This document shows positions 9,340-19,883 of a stretch of 64,000 nucleotides of DNA, one piece after another. Source of the DNA: Pirellulales bacterium (GTDB lineage: Bacteria; Planctomycetota; Planctomycetia; Pirellulales; PALSA-1355); contig CAVTBU010000006.1 in NCBI GenBank assembly GCA_963733035.1, forward strand, positions 64,001-128,000. The letters are read 5' to 3'. Numbering within the stretch: the first letter of the stretch is position 1; each line of letters begins with the position of its first letter. Below the pieces are notes generated by a model that saw only the letters and a program-made list of their open reading frames with translations, did no database searches and had not been told where the DNA came from. Both the position numbers and the translations under genes were made by a program.

Positions 9340-10272
9340 TCAGCAGAACGTTTTTCTCCTTTGTCTGCTGCGCTTGAGTTTACCGAGCCCTATGAGCCCG
9401 GCACCCAAGCCGAGCATCACCACGCCGGCCGGTTCCGGTACGACCGACAGTTGTAGGGTGTAATCACCGGCCGCAACATGTGCGCCAGTGAAGTTCGTAT
9501 CTACAGCGCCCGTCACGCCAATCTTGACACGACCAAGGAAATCGGCGGTGCCGACCAAGGTCGGAATCGGATCAAACAGGCTACTAGTCGCAATTCGCGT
9601 ATTCGTGGCATCATATAAACCGATCAAGGCCGCAAAGTCCGCCGTCAAGGTTGCGGTGAACGGTTCGAATGGCTGCAGGCCCGTGAAGTAAAAGAAGTCC
9701 AACGAGTCGCCGCTCCCAGGGCCGACGATGTTATTAATCGTCATGTCCACGGTATATCCGGTCCAATTTGGATTCAGTGGATCAGGTGACGTCGATGGAT
9801 CCAACCAGATGCTGTCCTTGCTAAAGGGCGATATCTCATCATTCTGCCATTGCGACAGACTCGGCACGAGTTGGCCATTCGGATCGCGCACGTCGAGGTA
9901 CCACGCGTACTTTCCTTCCTGGGTATGGTTGCCGATGAACGTGGAGTCGGGTGCGCCCGTGACTTCAAAGTAAATTGATCCATCAGGACGGATCGGCACA
10001 CCCGCGAGTTGGCTGGCGTAGTTGTTTCCAAGTGGACTGCTATTGTCGTCGCTATCGAGCAACGTGGAAAAGGACGGATCGAACAGGCCCACGATCGTAT
10101 CTGGGCGTCCGGCGGTACCGTCCAGACTATCGGAGACGATTAACTGCCCGCTCGGCAGCACGGTGGCTGTTGCCGGTGTATTGTTCGGTTCGCTGGCCAA
10201 CACCGCTGGCGCACCGACAAGCGCGGCGACCCAAAGCAAGGGCAAGAATCGTGAGAATCGTATCAAATACAT
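9340..10272 (-). CDS. PEP-CTERM sorting-domain surface protein
   Basis: N-terminal signal peptide. C-terminal VPEP + TM helix + basic KLKRSRQRRK. Confidence 0.85.
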   Translation of the reverse strand: MYLIRFSRFLPLLWVAALVGAPAVLASEPNNTPATATVLPSGQLIVSDSLDGTAGRPDTIVGLFDPSFSTLLDSDDNSSPLGNNYASQLAGVPIRPDGSIYFEVTGAPDSTFIGNHTQEGKYAWYLDVRDPNGQLVPSLSQWQNDEISPFSKDSIWLDPSTSPDPLNPNWTGYTVDMTINNIVGPGSGDSLDFFYFTGLQPFEPFTATLTADFAALIGLYDATNTRIATSSLFDPIPTLVGTADFLGRVKIGVTGAVDTNFTGAHVAAGDYTLQLSVVPEPAGVVMLGLGAGLIGLGKLKRSRQRRKTFC

Positions 10273-10670
10273 GACTGTATCTGTGTCAAATGGCCACACT
10301 TGAGGGGTCAAGTCATCGTTCGCCATGTTGAAGCGCTCAGCCTAGCGGCGCGCGATCAGCGCAGCAACTTCCCAGGCTAGGCAACAATGCAAGGCGATGA
10401 GAGTTCCCGAGAATCACGCAATCAACAGCGGCAGTGGACACGACCGCGGGGCGTGTAAGGCTCTCAGCAAAGAAGCATTGGCATTCCGAAGATTGAACAT
10501 CGACAGCTGCCACAGGCAGCATCGGACACCGATAACGGATTCAAATCTAGTCACGCCCCAGCAAGGTGTCAAGCAAGATTTATAGGAATTGAAATACTTC
10601 TAAACTGTTACGGGCATGAACTTTCGACGGCTTTGTTCGATCGCTATCAGGGGGGGCCGCGGGTCGGCGA

Positions 10671-12554
10671 TCAATCCAGATAGAGGCTTCTAAATCGCAG
10701 AAGCAGCCGCTCGGCAGGTTCGAGGTTCCGTCGCTCGCGAAGAACCTCTATTAGCCGAGATGGGTTGTTGGTGATGATGTTGTCCACTCCGCGATCGATC
10801 ATCGTCGTCATGCCGGATTGATCGTCAATCGTCCAGACGTAGATTTGTTTTCCCTGAGCGTGAGCGGCGGCAATAAAGGTATTCGTAGCCTGCGACCGTG
10901 AAACGGCCAGAAAATCGACGTCCAGCTTCGAAAGGTCGCCCAGCGTGGCCGACGTAACGAAGCCGACTGGCAGCCGCGGCTCGCGGCGCATCGTCTCCAG
11001 GGCCTCGTTGTACTCGAGTGACATTACGACGGCCTGCCCTAGCATGTCCTGGGTGCGGAGCTTTTGGATCACGGCGTCGATCAACGGCACTGGGTCGCTA
11101 CCATAGGTCTTCAGCTCGACGATCAGCTTGGCCTTGCCGCGGGTCAGCTTGATGACCTCGTCCAATGTCGGCACCTGTTCGCCAGAAAAGCTGAGTGCGC
11201 GGACTTCGTCGTACGTCGAGCGATTGACGACAAGTGGCGAACGGGCCAGGCGCATCATGTCGGCATCGTGAACGACGACCACCTGTCCGTCGCGGGTAAG
11301 CTGAACGTCGATTTCGACGTAGGTAGCGCCGTCTTCAATAGCTTGGCGCACGGCGCTGACTGTGTTCTCCGGCTTGGCGTAGGATGCCCCCCGGTGGGCG
11401 CTTATTTCGACGTGGTCGTCCCACTGGACCGGCTTGAGCAATGCGTAGACGACCATTGTCGCGAGAATCATTGCCAGTAGAGAGACCGCCAAGGGAGCTT
11501 TGCGCGGCACGGACCAGCGGGGTTTGGATTCGAGCATGGGTAGGGAGCTGAGCATCGACGGGGCAATAGACTGTCGACGACAAACTCGTAAATACAACTG
11601 CGCGAGCAATGCACCTCCGCTGGCAACGGCCAGTAGCGCGATCGCGAAATTGAGAACAAAATTCGCCGCCATGACGATGCCCAAGGTCGTGAGCAGCAGT
11701 GCCAGATGATCTCCGGCGGCGCGTACGAGTGTGCGTCCCAGCAGGTACAAACCGCCGTTCACCAGTAGCGACGTGAGTTCCCAGGCGAGCAGCCAACCGA
11801 TGAGCAAGATGAGAATCCGCCAGCGATTGCGCCTTGCGAGACGAAAACTTCGCAGCGCCGTCGAACGCAACGGATCGCCACCGAGCATCGCCTCGGGGAG
11901 CAGGAAGATCAGCGATCCGGCGACGAACGCGACGGCGACCGCGGCCAGGGCACCCAGTATGCATCCGGCAATGATGGCCTTCTTAAACTCGGGAGGGTGC
12001 TCCGCTAGGTAGTAGTTAATGTCGTGCTCGGTCAGCAGCTTCCAGGCGACGAATCCCGCGGCCGCTACAAATGGCAGTGCGGTTGCGGCCAGTAGCAAGA
12101 GCGTGAGAAAACTGGCGGCAAGCAACCGCCCACTGCGAATCGCGACGAAGCGCAAGGCTTCGAAATACGTCACACGACGGTCCAGTCCAGCACCGTAAGC
12201 GATGTAAAATAAACCTGCTGAATTGGCCGACCCCAACGCGATCGAGAGCGTCAGGATGGCCAATCCCAGTAGTAGCCCCATCGGAGTAAGCAGGAATCGC
12301 ACAATATCGAAGTTGCCCACAGCGGATTTGCCGCTGGTGGCAACGAAGCGAGCAAAAAGCCAGGCCGCAAGAGGCGAAAGGATTAGAAACGCCAGGGCCT
12401 GGAAAACCAGTTCGAATAGCACAATGTCGGGGAGGGCGCGCCCTAGGTCGTGGCAGGCGCGACGGCAAATCGCGGCGAATGAGATCGCAGAGTCCTGATC
12501 GGACGACGCACCCGCGCCTATTTGTCGCGGGCGGTCTCGAAAACCTCGATCCAT
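10671..12554 (-). CDS. Glycerophosphodiester phosphodiesterase with N-terminal membrane domain (start uncertain)
   Basis: SAHRG, PENT, EIDVQLTRDG, VVHD, ELK and WTID motifs, preceded by about 7-8 TM helices. Confidence 0.9.
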   Translation of the reverse strand: MDRGFRDRPRQIGAGASSDQDSAISFAAICRRACHDLGRALPDIVLFELVFQALAFLILSPLAAWLFARFVATSGKSAVGNFDIVRFLLTPMGLLLGLAILTLSIALGSANSAGLFYIAYGAGLDRRVTYFEALRFVAIRSGRLLAASFLTLLLLAATALPFVAAAGFVAWKLLTEHDINYYLAEHPPEFKKAIIAGCILGALAAVAVAFVAGSLIFLLPEAMLGGDPLRSTALRSFRLARRNRWRILILLIGWLLAWELTSLLVNGGLYLLGRTLVRAAGDHLALLLTTLGIVMAANFVLNFAIALLAVASGGALLAQLYLRVCRRQSIAPSMLSSLPMLESKPRWSVPRKAPLAVSLLAMILATMVVYALLKPVQWDDHVEISAHRGASYAKPENTVSAVRQAIEDGATYVEIDVQLTRDGQVVVVHDADMMRLARSPLVVNRSTYDEVRALSFSGEQVPTLDEVIKLTRGKAKLIVELKTYGSDPVPLIDAVIQKLRTQDMLGQAVVMSLEYNEALETMRREPRLPVGFVTSATLGDLSKLDVDFLAVSRSQATNTFIAAAHAQGKQIYVWTIDDQSGMTTMIDRGVDNIITNNPSRLIEVLRERRNLEPAERLLLRFRSLYLD

Positions 12555-13429
12555 TTCAAGAAGCGGGCGGCGATTTGTTTCGCCGCGGCGTCCTTTTCAA
12601 TTTTACCGGCGCACAGGTCGACGATAGTTTGCAGGAAAGTCGAACGACCCACGGCGAAGCCAATGAATCCAGGCACATTCGCTGCCGTCTGCAGCCATTC
12701 GACGACCTTCTGCTCGGATTCGCCCCGACCAAGCACAATACAGCCTACCCGATCACGGCCGCCTCGGCGCGCGGCCGCGACAACTCTGACGCAATCCTCG
12801 CGGCGGTCGAGCCCCTCGATCTTCCAAACATCCGGCTCCACGCCCGCATCTTGAATCTCCTCGATCGAGCGAACCATGAGTTGCGGGCGGATTTGCGTGT
12901 CGTAAGTCTGCTTATCGCCGGCTTCTTTGAGTTGGATCTTTTCGGGAGGCACCAGCATTTCGAACATGTAAGTACGATTGCGCTCGTGCAGCCAGTCGGA
13001 TAGGCGTTTGAGGCGACCGAGTTGCCGATCGTTTTCCGTGCGGTCGCTCTCTGGATTGTATCGCACCAGTACCTTGGTAAATGTCGGATCGAACTCTTCG
13101 ATGTGCCTACCGAAATCATCGCCATATTCGAAATCGAATTCGTGTTGTCCGCTCTTCTCGACCGGCATGCACGTAATGTAGCCGTTTGCTCGGGCATCGC
13201 GCAACACGGCAGCGCCGAACTCTTCGTCGACAAGAATGCCGCTCTTGTCCTTCGGTGCCCCTTGGGCCACGGCCAGTTTGTAGCCTTCGTAAATAACTTG
13301 CTTGCTGGAGGCCACGACAGCGATCTGAGCCTTGCTCATCGGTTCGGTGAACCCAAACACGTCGGCGCCGTATGAATGGCGGTGGTCGAACGGCAACACA
13401 TATAGCGGTTTCTCGTAGCCCAAGTTCAT
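12518..13429 (-). CDS. DUF2090-family aldolase-like TIM-barrel protein (IolC C-terminal-like)
   Basis: [45 protein letters not shown] overlap with pgi. Confidence 0.8.
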   Translation of the reverse strand: MNLGYEKPLYVLPFDHRHSYGADVFGFTEPMSKAQIAVVASSKQVIYEGYKLAVAQGAPKDKSGILVDEEFGAAVLRDARANGYITCMPVEKSGQHEFDFEYGDDFGRHIEEFDPTFTKVLVRYNPESDRTENDRQLGRLKRLSDWLHERNRTYMFEMLVPPEKIQLKEAGDKQTYDTQIRPQLMVRSIEEIQDAGVEPDVWKIEGLDRREDCVRVVAAARRGGRDRVGCIVLGRGESEQKVVEWLQTAANVPGFIGFAVGRSTFLQTIVDLCAGKIEKDAAAKQIAARFLKWIEVFETARDK

Positions 13430-15078
13430 CGCGTGGTCTCCTTCGCGGCGCGGTAGCGCTGGATTAGTGTATTTGTTGAACTGTCGTGCTGGAGGTCGGG
13501 CTGTGTGGTGTTTTCCAGTTCTGGCACGATTCGATTCGCCAGGACCTTGCCCAGTTCGACACCCCATTGGTCGAAGGAGTTGATTTGCCAGACGGTTCCC
13601 TGCACGAACACTTTGTGCTCGTACATTGCCACCAGCTTGCCGAGGGCTGCCGGCGTCAGCTTGTCGAGCAGGATCGTGTTGGTCGGATGATTTCCGGTAA
13701 ATGTGCGGTGGGGAATTTGAAACTCCGGCACGCCGTCGGCGCGAACTTCGTCGGCCGTCTTGCCCATCGCCAGGGCCTCGGTCTGAGCAAAGAAATTGGC
13801 CATCAGCAAATCGTGATGGTCATCCAGCGGGTTGAGCGTGTGGCAGAAGCCGATAAAGTCGCAGGGAATCAGCTTTGTCCCCTGGTGGATCAGTTGATAA
13901 TAAGCATGCTGGCCGTTGGTGCCGGGAGTTCCCCACACGATCGGACCAGTTTGATAGTTCACGGTCTCACCGTCGAGCGTGACGTGCTTGCCGTCGCTCT
14001 CCATGTCCAGCTGTTGCAAGTAGGAACTGAAGCGGCTCAAGTAGTGATCGTACGGCAGGATGGCCACGGTTTGCGTGCCGAAGAAATTGTTGTACCAGAT
14101 GCCCAGCAGAGCGAGCAGCACGGGCAAATTGCGTTCGAAGGGCGTCGTACGAAAATGCACATCCATGGCATGGAAGCCAGCCAACATTTCGCGGAAATGA
14201 TCGGGCCCGATGGCGACCATCAGCGACAGCCCGATCGCCGAGTCGTACGAGTAACGACCGCCGACCCAGTCCCAAAACTCGAACATGTTGGCCGTGTCGA
14301 TTCCGAACTTCGCCACCTCAGAGGCGTTGGTCGAAACGGCGACAAAGTGCTTGGCCACGGCCTTTTCGTCTCCCAGCGTGTCGAGCAGCCACTTGCGAGC
14401 CGAGTGGGCGTTGGTCAGTGTCTCGAGCGTGGTGAATGTCTTCGACGCGACGATAAACAACGTTTCGTGTGGGTCTAAGTCGCGCGTTGCCTCGACGATG
14501 TCGGTTCCGTCGACATTGGATACGTAGCGAAACGTCATGTCGCGCTGGCTGTAGAAGCGGAGTGTCTCATGAGCCATCACCGGACCTAGATCCGAGCCTC
14601 CGATGCCGATGTTGATGACATTCTTAATCCGCTTGCCCGAATGACCCTTCCATTGCCCACTACGAACGCGGTCGGAAAACGCGGCCATTTTGTCGAGGAC
14701 GGCGTGTACTTCGGGCACGACGTCCTGGTCATCGACCAGGATCGATTCGTCGCGTGGGGCACGCAACGCCACGTGCAACACGGCCCGCTTTTCGGTAACG
14801 TTAATCTTTCGCCCAGTGAACATGGCCTCAATTCGTTCGGCCAGCCCCGATTCATTGGCCAATTGCAACAGTAGCTGGAGCGTTGCGGGCGTTACGCGGT
14901 TTTTTGAATAATCAAGGTAGACGCCTTCGGCCTCGGCCGTGAGCTTCGTGCCGCGCTGGGGATCGTCGGCGAAAAGTTGCCTCAAATGCAGCGATTGGAT
15001 GTCGCGAAAATGTTTCTCTAATGCTTTCCAGGCCGGCCGATCCGTGAGCGGAGCAACCGCGGTGGTCATATTGGTCAT
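13426..15078 (-). CDS. pgi: Glucose-6-phosphate isomerase
   Basis: [33 protein letters not shown]. Confidence 0.97.
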   Translation of the reverse strand: MTNMTTAVAPLTDRPAWKALEKHFRDIQSLHLRQLFADDPQRGTKLTAEAEGVYLDYSKNRVTPATLQLLLQLANESGLAERIEAMFTGRKINVTEKRAVLHVALRAPRDESILVDDQDVVPEVHAVLDKMAAFSDRVRSGQWKGHSGKRIKNVINIGIGGSDLGPVMAHETLRFYSQRDMTFRYVSNVDGTDIVEATRDLDPHETLFIVASKTFTTLETLTNAHSARKWLLDTLGDEKAVAKHFVAVSTNASEVAKFGIDTANMFEFWDWVGGRYSYDSAIGLSLMVAIGPDHFREMLAGFHAMDVHFRTTPFERNLPVLLALLGIWYNNFFGTQTVAILPYDHYLSRFSSYLQQLDMESDGKHVTLDGETVNYQTGPIVWGTPGTNGQHAYYQLIHQGTKLIPCDFIGFCHTLNPLDDHHDLLMANFFAQTEALAMGKTADEVRADGVPEFQIPHRTFTGNHPTNTILLDKLTPAALGKLVAMYEHKVFVQGTVWQINSFDQWGVELGKVLANRIVPELENTTQPDLQHDSSTNTLIQRYRAAKETTR

Positions 15079-15106
15079 CAATCCATCCTTTCCAATACGT
15101 TGAGTT

Positions 15107-15790
15107 CTATCCGGTCGCTTGGACGTCGGGGCCTGTCGCCGCTGCGTCTTTCCAGAGGCGGAATCCACCCTGAAAGGCATTCGAATTGTCTCCCAACCGA
15201 CACTTCGGCGGAAGTTTTTTCAGATATTCTGCATTGCCGCCACCGAGGACGATGTCGTCCGGTAACAGCGCTGCGGTTAGTCGCTCGACGACATCGGCCA
15301 CGAAATGCCGCCATTTCTTTTTGCCAAATTTCTTTAGGCCGCGCAGTCCTACATAATCTTCGTAGGTTTTTTTGCGATAAGGCAGATGCCCGAGTTCCAT
15401 CGCTTCGACGATTCCGTCGACGATCATCGTGGTGCCTAGCCCGGTGCCAAGGCCCAGAAACAGCATTTTTCCGCCTTGGTAACTGCCGAGAGCCTGCATC
15501 GCGGCATCGTTGATTATCTTGACCGGACACCCAAGCGCTGCCGAGTAGTCGAAGCCGACCCAACCGTCTCCCAGATTTTGTGGTTCGCCGACGGGCTTTC
15601 CGTCGAGCACCGGCCCTGGATAGCCGATGCTCGCGGCTTCGAACGGCCAATCAGCGGTGCGAGACTTGACGCCGGCAATCATTTCTGCCGCCGACATCGA
15701 CGTTCCCGAGTCGAATTTGCGCGGCTCAGACTGGCCAGTGGCCAGAATCTTGATGTGCGTCCCGCCGACATCAATGACAAGCACGTTCAT
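15107..15790 (-). CDS. ppgK: ROK-family (polyphosphate) glucokinase
   Basis: [36 protein letters not shown] overlap with the upstream gene. Confidence 0.8.
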   Translation of the reverse strand: MNVLVIDVGGTHIKILATGQSEPRKFDSGTSMSAAEMIAGVKSRTADWPFEAASIGYPGPVLDGKPVGEPQNLGDGWVGFDYSAALGCPVKIINDAAMQALGSYQGGKMLFLGLGTGLGTTMIVDGIVEAMELGHLPYRKKTYEDYVGLRGLKKFGKKKWRHFVADVVERLTAALLPDDIVLGGGNAEYLKKLPPKCRLGDNSNAFQGGFRLWKDAAATGPDVQATG

Positions 15791-16425
15791 TTTGCTAGCC
15801 TCATCCTGCGATGGGTGGTGGATGGGGTCTCGATGGTCACGTGACGATCGTCGTTCCACAATCGAATGACCGGTTCGTCGAGAGTGTGCTCGTAGCCCAC
15901 GATGCTGAGCGTGGCCGTGCACATAAGAAAGTACTGGCCGGCGATCGGCTCCAGCCCTAACCACCGGGCGGCAAACACACGAAAGAAATGACCACTAGAG
16001 AAGAGCAACACATTTCCCTCGAGTTGCCGCACACGAGCAATCACACGGTCGGCACGGCATGCCACGTCATCTGGCGACTCGCCGCCGGGACAGCCGTCGC
16101 GGAAGAGTTGCCAGTTTGGCCGATCTCGGCGAATGTCGACGGTTTTGCGGCCTTCATATTCGCCATAGTTCCATTCCAACAGGTCGTCGTCGATTTCGGC
16201 GCGGTCTCCAAAGCCCGCCAATTCACATGTCTGCTGCGTTCGCTGTAGCGGACTGACTAAAACATGTGTAAACGGATCGTCGCCGATTAACTCCCCCAGT
16301 CGCCGCGCATTCTCACGGCCGCGCTCGGTCAATGGCAAGTCGGTCCGCCCGGTATGCTGCCCGGTAATTGTCCAGGCGGTTTCGCCGTGTCGTGCCAGAT
16401 AGGTTGCGGGCAAGTGGTTGTTCAC
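15787..16425 (-). CDS. Histidine phosphatase family protein (Shb17-like)
   Basis: RHGETAW, HTGRTDLPLT, EWNYGEYEG, RDGCPGGES. Confidence 0.9.
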   Translation of the reverse strand: MNNHLPATYLARHGETAWTITGQHTGRTDLPLTERGRENARRLGELIGDDPFTHVLVSPLQRTQQTCELAGFGDRAEIDDDLLEWNYGEYEGRKTVDIRRDRPNWQLFRDGCPGGESPDDVACRADRVIARVRQLEGNVLLFSSGHFFRVFAARWLGLEPIAGQYFLMCTATLSIVGYEHTLDEPVIRLWNDDRHVTIETPSTTHRRMRLAK

Positions 16426-16471
16426 GGGGTGTGCTCCTGCACGGAGTGGCGATTGGCTGACTGGCGTTCCG

Positions 16472-17155
16472 TCACGTCGCGTTGCGGATTTCGACGCGAT
16501 CGGCGTGCCCTATTAGTACCGTCGGATTCATGTTCAGGAACAACCCTGTGCCGACGACTCCCGGGATCGCCCGCAGGGCTGCATCGAGTTTGACTGGTTG
16601 GTTGAGCGGTCCGGTTCCACAATCCAGGATAAAGTTGCCGTTGTCAGTCAGGTGGGGTTGGTTTTGGTCGCGGCGCAATTGGGGCGTGAGCCCCAATGCC
16701 TCGATGGCCCGTGAACAAGGCTTGCTCGCAAACGGGATGACTTCCACCGGAAGCTTGCCCCGCGTCCCCAATTGGGGGACGATTTTTTCCGGTCCTACCA
16801 GAATTACGATCTGGCGGGACGCCGTGGCTACGATTTTTTCGCGGACTAGTGCTCCGCCGTAGCCCTTAATCAGGTTGCCAGCAGGATCGACTTCGTCAGC
16901 TCCGTCGAAGTCGACGTCGAGTGCGGGCGACACATCGAGCGTCGTCAGCGGGATTCCCAGCTCGGTGGCAAGCTGGGCGGACGCTTGTGAGGTCGGGACG
17001 CCGCGGACCTGCAATCCGGCACGAATCTTCGCGGCCAGTGCGTGCAGAAACGCGGTCGCAGCGTGGCCGGTTCCCAAACCGATCGAACCGCTGGCAGGAA
17101 GGAACTGTAGCGCACTTTCGGCGATTTGGCGAAGTTGGCTTTGAGCGAACGTCAT
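16472..17155 (-). CDS. rpiA: Ribose-5-phosphate isomerase A
   Basis: GLGTG, DGADEVD, KGYGGALVREK, LPVEV, TDNGNFILD, GVVGTGLF. Confidence 0.95.
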   Translation of the reverse strand: MTFAQSQLRQIAESALQFLPASGSIGLGTGHAATAFLHALAAKIRAGLQVRGVPTSQASAQLATELGIPLTTLDVSPALDVDFDGADEVDPAGNLIKGYGGALVREKIVATASRQIVILVGPEKIVPQLGTRGKLPVEVIPFASKPCSRAIEALGLTPQLRRDQNQPHLTDNGNFILDCGTGPLNQPVKLDAALRAIPGVVGTGLFLNMNPTVLIGHADRVEIRNAT

Positions 17156-17193
17156 GGGAATCGCTTTATTGAAGGTGTAGCACGGCACCTGGC

Positions 17194-18567
17194 CTAGCTG
17201 ATGACGACTGGATCGTGCCAGCCGCCAGGTGGCACAATGCGGCGCATCGCCTCGGCAGGGCCCCAAGTATTCGGATCATAGGGCTCTACCGGTACGACGT
17301 CTCCTAGTACCGGATCGACGATTCGCCAGGCGGCCTCAACCGAATCCTCGCGGGCAAACAATGCTGGATCTCCACGCAGCGCATCGCCCAGCAAACGTTC
17401 GTAGGCATCCATTTCGGCGCCGTCGGATTGGTGGCTGAGCACCAGCTCCCGTGAAGCGCCGCTCATCCGCTCGCCTGGCTTTTTGGTCATCGTGCCCAAG
17501 GCAATGGTCATGTCGGGATTGACGCGGAATCGCCAATGATTCGCCTCGGGCGGCGGACCAAAGACCGTCGGAGGCGTGTCCAATTCGACATACACTTCCG
17601 TACACGTGACGGGCAGGCACTTCCCAGCGCGAATGAAGACCGGCACGTCTTTCCAGCGCCAGGAGTTGATTTGTAACTTGAGCGCCACGAAGGTTTCGAC
17701 TTCGGAATTGGGTGCCACGCCCTTTTCCTCACGATAACCCCGAAACTGTCCCCGGACGACGTCGGCGAGCGATAGTGGTGGAATGGCCTTGAAGATTTTC
17801 ACCTTCTCGTCGCGAATCGCTTCGCTATCCGTGCCGGCCGGTGGCTCCATGGTCAACACGGCAAGTACTTGCAGCAGGTGGTTTTGAACGACGTCGCGTA
17901 TCGTGCCTGCTTCGTCGTAGAAGGCGCCACGCCCCTGCACGCCAAACGACTCGGCCATGGTGATCTGGATCGACCGTACGAAGTGTCGACTCCAAATCGG
18001 CTCCAATATGGTGTTGAGGAACCGGAAATAGAGCAAGTTTTGCACGGGCTCCTTGCCCAGGAAGTGATCGATTCGGTAGATGGACGACTCATCGAAGTTG
18101 CTCAGCAGCACGTTGTTGAGTGCCTGAGCGCTGGCCAAGTCTCGGCCGAACGGTTTTTCGACAATCACACGCGCCCCGGTGGCGCAGCCACTCTTGCCGA
18201 GTTGTTCGACAACCACCGGAAACATGACGGGCGGAATTGCCAGGTAGTGTGCCGGATGCTTAGCGTCGCCGAGCAATGAGCGGAGCGTTTGAAATGTCGC
18301 CGGATCTTTGTAGTCGCCGTCAACGTACTTGAGCAGCGTGCAAAGTTTGTCGAAAGCGCCCTCTTCGAAGCAGCCGTGATGCTGCAGGCTGTCACGAGCA
18401 CGATTTTTCAGATCGTCGAGCGTCCAATCGCTTTTGGCGACACCGATCACTGGCACGTCCAAGTGCCCGCGTTTGATCATCGCCTGGAGTGCCGGGAAAA
18501 TTTTCTTATATGCCAGGTCGCCCGTGGCTCCAAAGAAGACCAGCGCATCCGATTGCGTCATGCCCAT
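17194..18567 (-). CDS. zwf: Glucose-6-phosphate 1-dehydrogenase
   Basis: FGATGDLA, VEKPFG, RIDHFLGKE, RDVVQNH, AYERL. Confidence 0.97.
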   Translation of the reverse strand: MGMTQSDALVFFGATGDLAYKKIFPALQAMIKRGHLDVPVIGVAKSDWTLDDLKNRARDSLQHHGCFEEGAFDKLCTLLKYVDGDYKDPATFQTLRSLLGDAKHPAHYLAIPPVMFPVVVEQLGKSGCATGARVIVEKPFGRDLASAQALNNVLLSNFDESSIYRIDHFLGKEPVQNLLYFRFLNTILEPIWSRHFVRSIQITMAESFGVQGRGAFYDEAGTIRDVVQNHLLQVLAVLTMEPPAGTDSEAIRDEKVKIFKAIPPLSLADVVRGQFRGYREEKGVAPNSEVETFVALKLQINSWRWKDVPVFIRAGKCLPVTCTEVYVELDTPPTVFGPPPEANHWRFRVNPDMTIALGTMTKKPGERMSGASRELVLSHQSDGAEMDAYERLLGDALRGDPALFAREDSVEAAWRIVDPVLGDVVPVEPYDPNTWGPAEAMRRIVPPGGWHDPVVIS

Positions 18568-18681
18568 CGATTCTCCTCTCGTTGTTGTGCTTCCGTTGCT
18601 TGCGGGCTGTTCCCGGGGTCAGTCATCCCAGGAAGTTCCATGGAAACCGAGCGGCTGCCACGCTCCTTATGCTGCTTGGCA

Positions 18682-19698
18682 TCAGGCCTTCTTTTCCAAG
18701 TGACCGCCGAATTCGAATCGCATGGCCGAGAGCAGCTTGTCGGCAAAGTCGAATTCGCCGCGCGAGGCGAAACGCTCGTAAAGCGCTGTCGACAGCACGG
18801 GCACGGGCACCGCTTCGTCGATCGCGGCCTTGATCGTCCAGCGACCTTCGCCCGAGTCGGAAACACGACCGGCAAAATTGGAAAGGGCGGGGTCGGCGGT
18901 CAGCGCGGCCGCGGTGAGATCCAACAGCCAGGAGCCAATCACGCTGCCGCGGCGCCAGACCTCGGCCACGTCGCGCAGGTTGATGTCGAATTGATATTGT
19001 TCTGGATTGCGTAACGGAGTTGTCTCGGCATCGATCGATTCGGTCCGCTTTCCAATATTCGCTTCACGCAGCACGGCGAGGCCTTCGGCATACGCGGCCA
19101 TCACGCCGTACTCGATGCCGTTGTGAACCATCTTCACGAAATGGCCGGCGCCGTTCGGTCCGCAGTGCAGGTAGCCGTGCTCGGCGGTACCTCCGAGTTT
19201 TTCGCGACCCGGCGTGCGCGGCGCGGAATCGACCGCGGGTGCCAACGCGGCAAAAATCGGATCGAGTCGTTTCACGACTTCATCTTCGCCGCCGATCATT
19301 TGGCAGTAGCCGCGTTCAAGTCCCCAGACGCCGCCGCTCACGCCAACGTCGACGTAGTGGATCTTTCTTTCGCGCAAGTGGGCGGCCCGGCGAAGATCAT
19401 CGATGTAGTAAGAGTTCCCGCCATCGATGAGCGTGTCGCCGGCATCAAGGCGGTCTTCAAATTCGGCAATCGTTTTGTCGACCACGCCGGCTGGCACCAT
19501 CAACCAGACGGCCCTGGGGCCGGTGAGCTTGGCCAGGAAATCATCGACGGAGGTCGAACCGGTGGCTCCTTCCTTGGCGATCTCGTCCACGGCCGCAGGA
19601 TGGATATCGTAAACGACGCACTGGTGGCCCGCCTTCATCAGGCGTCTAACCATATTGGCTCCCATGCGGCCAAGGCCGACCATGCCGAGTTGCATCAT
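18682..19698 (-). CDS. gnd: 6-phosphogluconate dehydrogenase (decarboxylating, short form)
   Basis: GLGRMG, IDGGNS, VSGGVWG, GHFVKMVHNGIEYG, DSGEGRW. AAGGAG RBS. Confidence 0.95.
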   Translation of the reverse strand: MMQLGMVGLGRMGANMVRRLMKAGHQCVVYDIHPAAVDEIAKEGATGSTSVDDFLAKLTGPRAVWLMVPAGVVDKTIAEFEDRLDAGDTLIDGGNSYYIDDLRRAAHLRERKIHYVDVGVSGGVWGLERGYCQMIGGEDEVVKRLDPIFAALAPAVDSAPRTPGREKLGGTAEHGYLHCGPNGAGHFVKMVHNGIEYGVMAAYAEGLAVLREANIGKRTESIDAETTPLRNPEQYQFDINLRDVAEVWRRGSVIGSWLLDLTAAALTADPALSNFAGRVSDSGEGRWTIKAAIDEAVPVPVLSTALYERFASRGEFDFADKLLSAMRFEFGGHLEKKA

Positions 19699-19816
19699 GT
19701 TTCTCCTTAGGTAGTTCGGATCACTCCGGAAAAGTCCATGCGGGCCTTTCATAACATAACGCGCAATTGCGGCAGGTCGAATTACCCAGTTTCGCAGAGA
19801 ATGGCATGATTTGGCG

Positions 19817-19861
19817 CAAAAAACGGGACAATCCGACGCGGAATGCGACGAATTGTCCCGT
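19817..19861 (-). terminator. Probable intrinsic terminator of the redoxin-fusion gene
   Basis: Perfect inverted repeat ACGGGACAAT (19823-19832) / ATTGTCCCGT (19852-19861), followed on the minus strand by a T run, about 22 nt after the stop at 19884. Confidence 0.65.
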
Positions 19862-19883
19862 AGGTTAGGTGCGCGTGCCGGAT

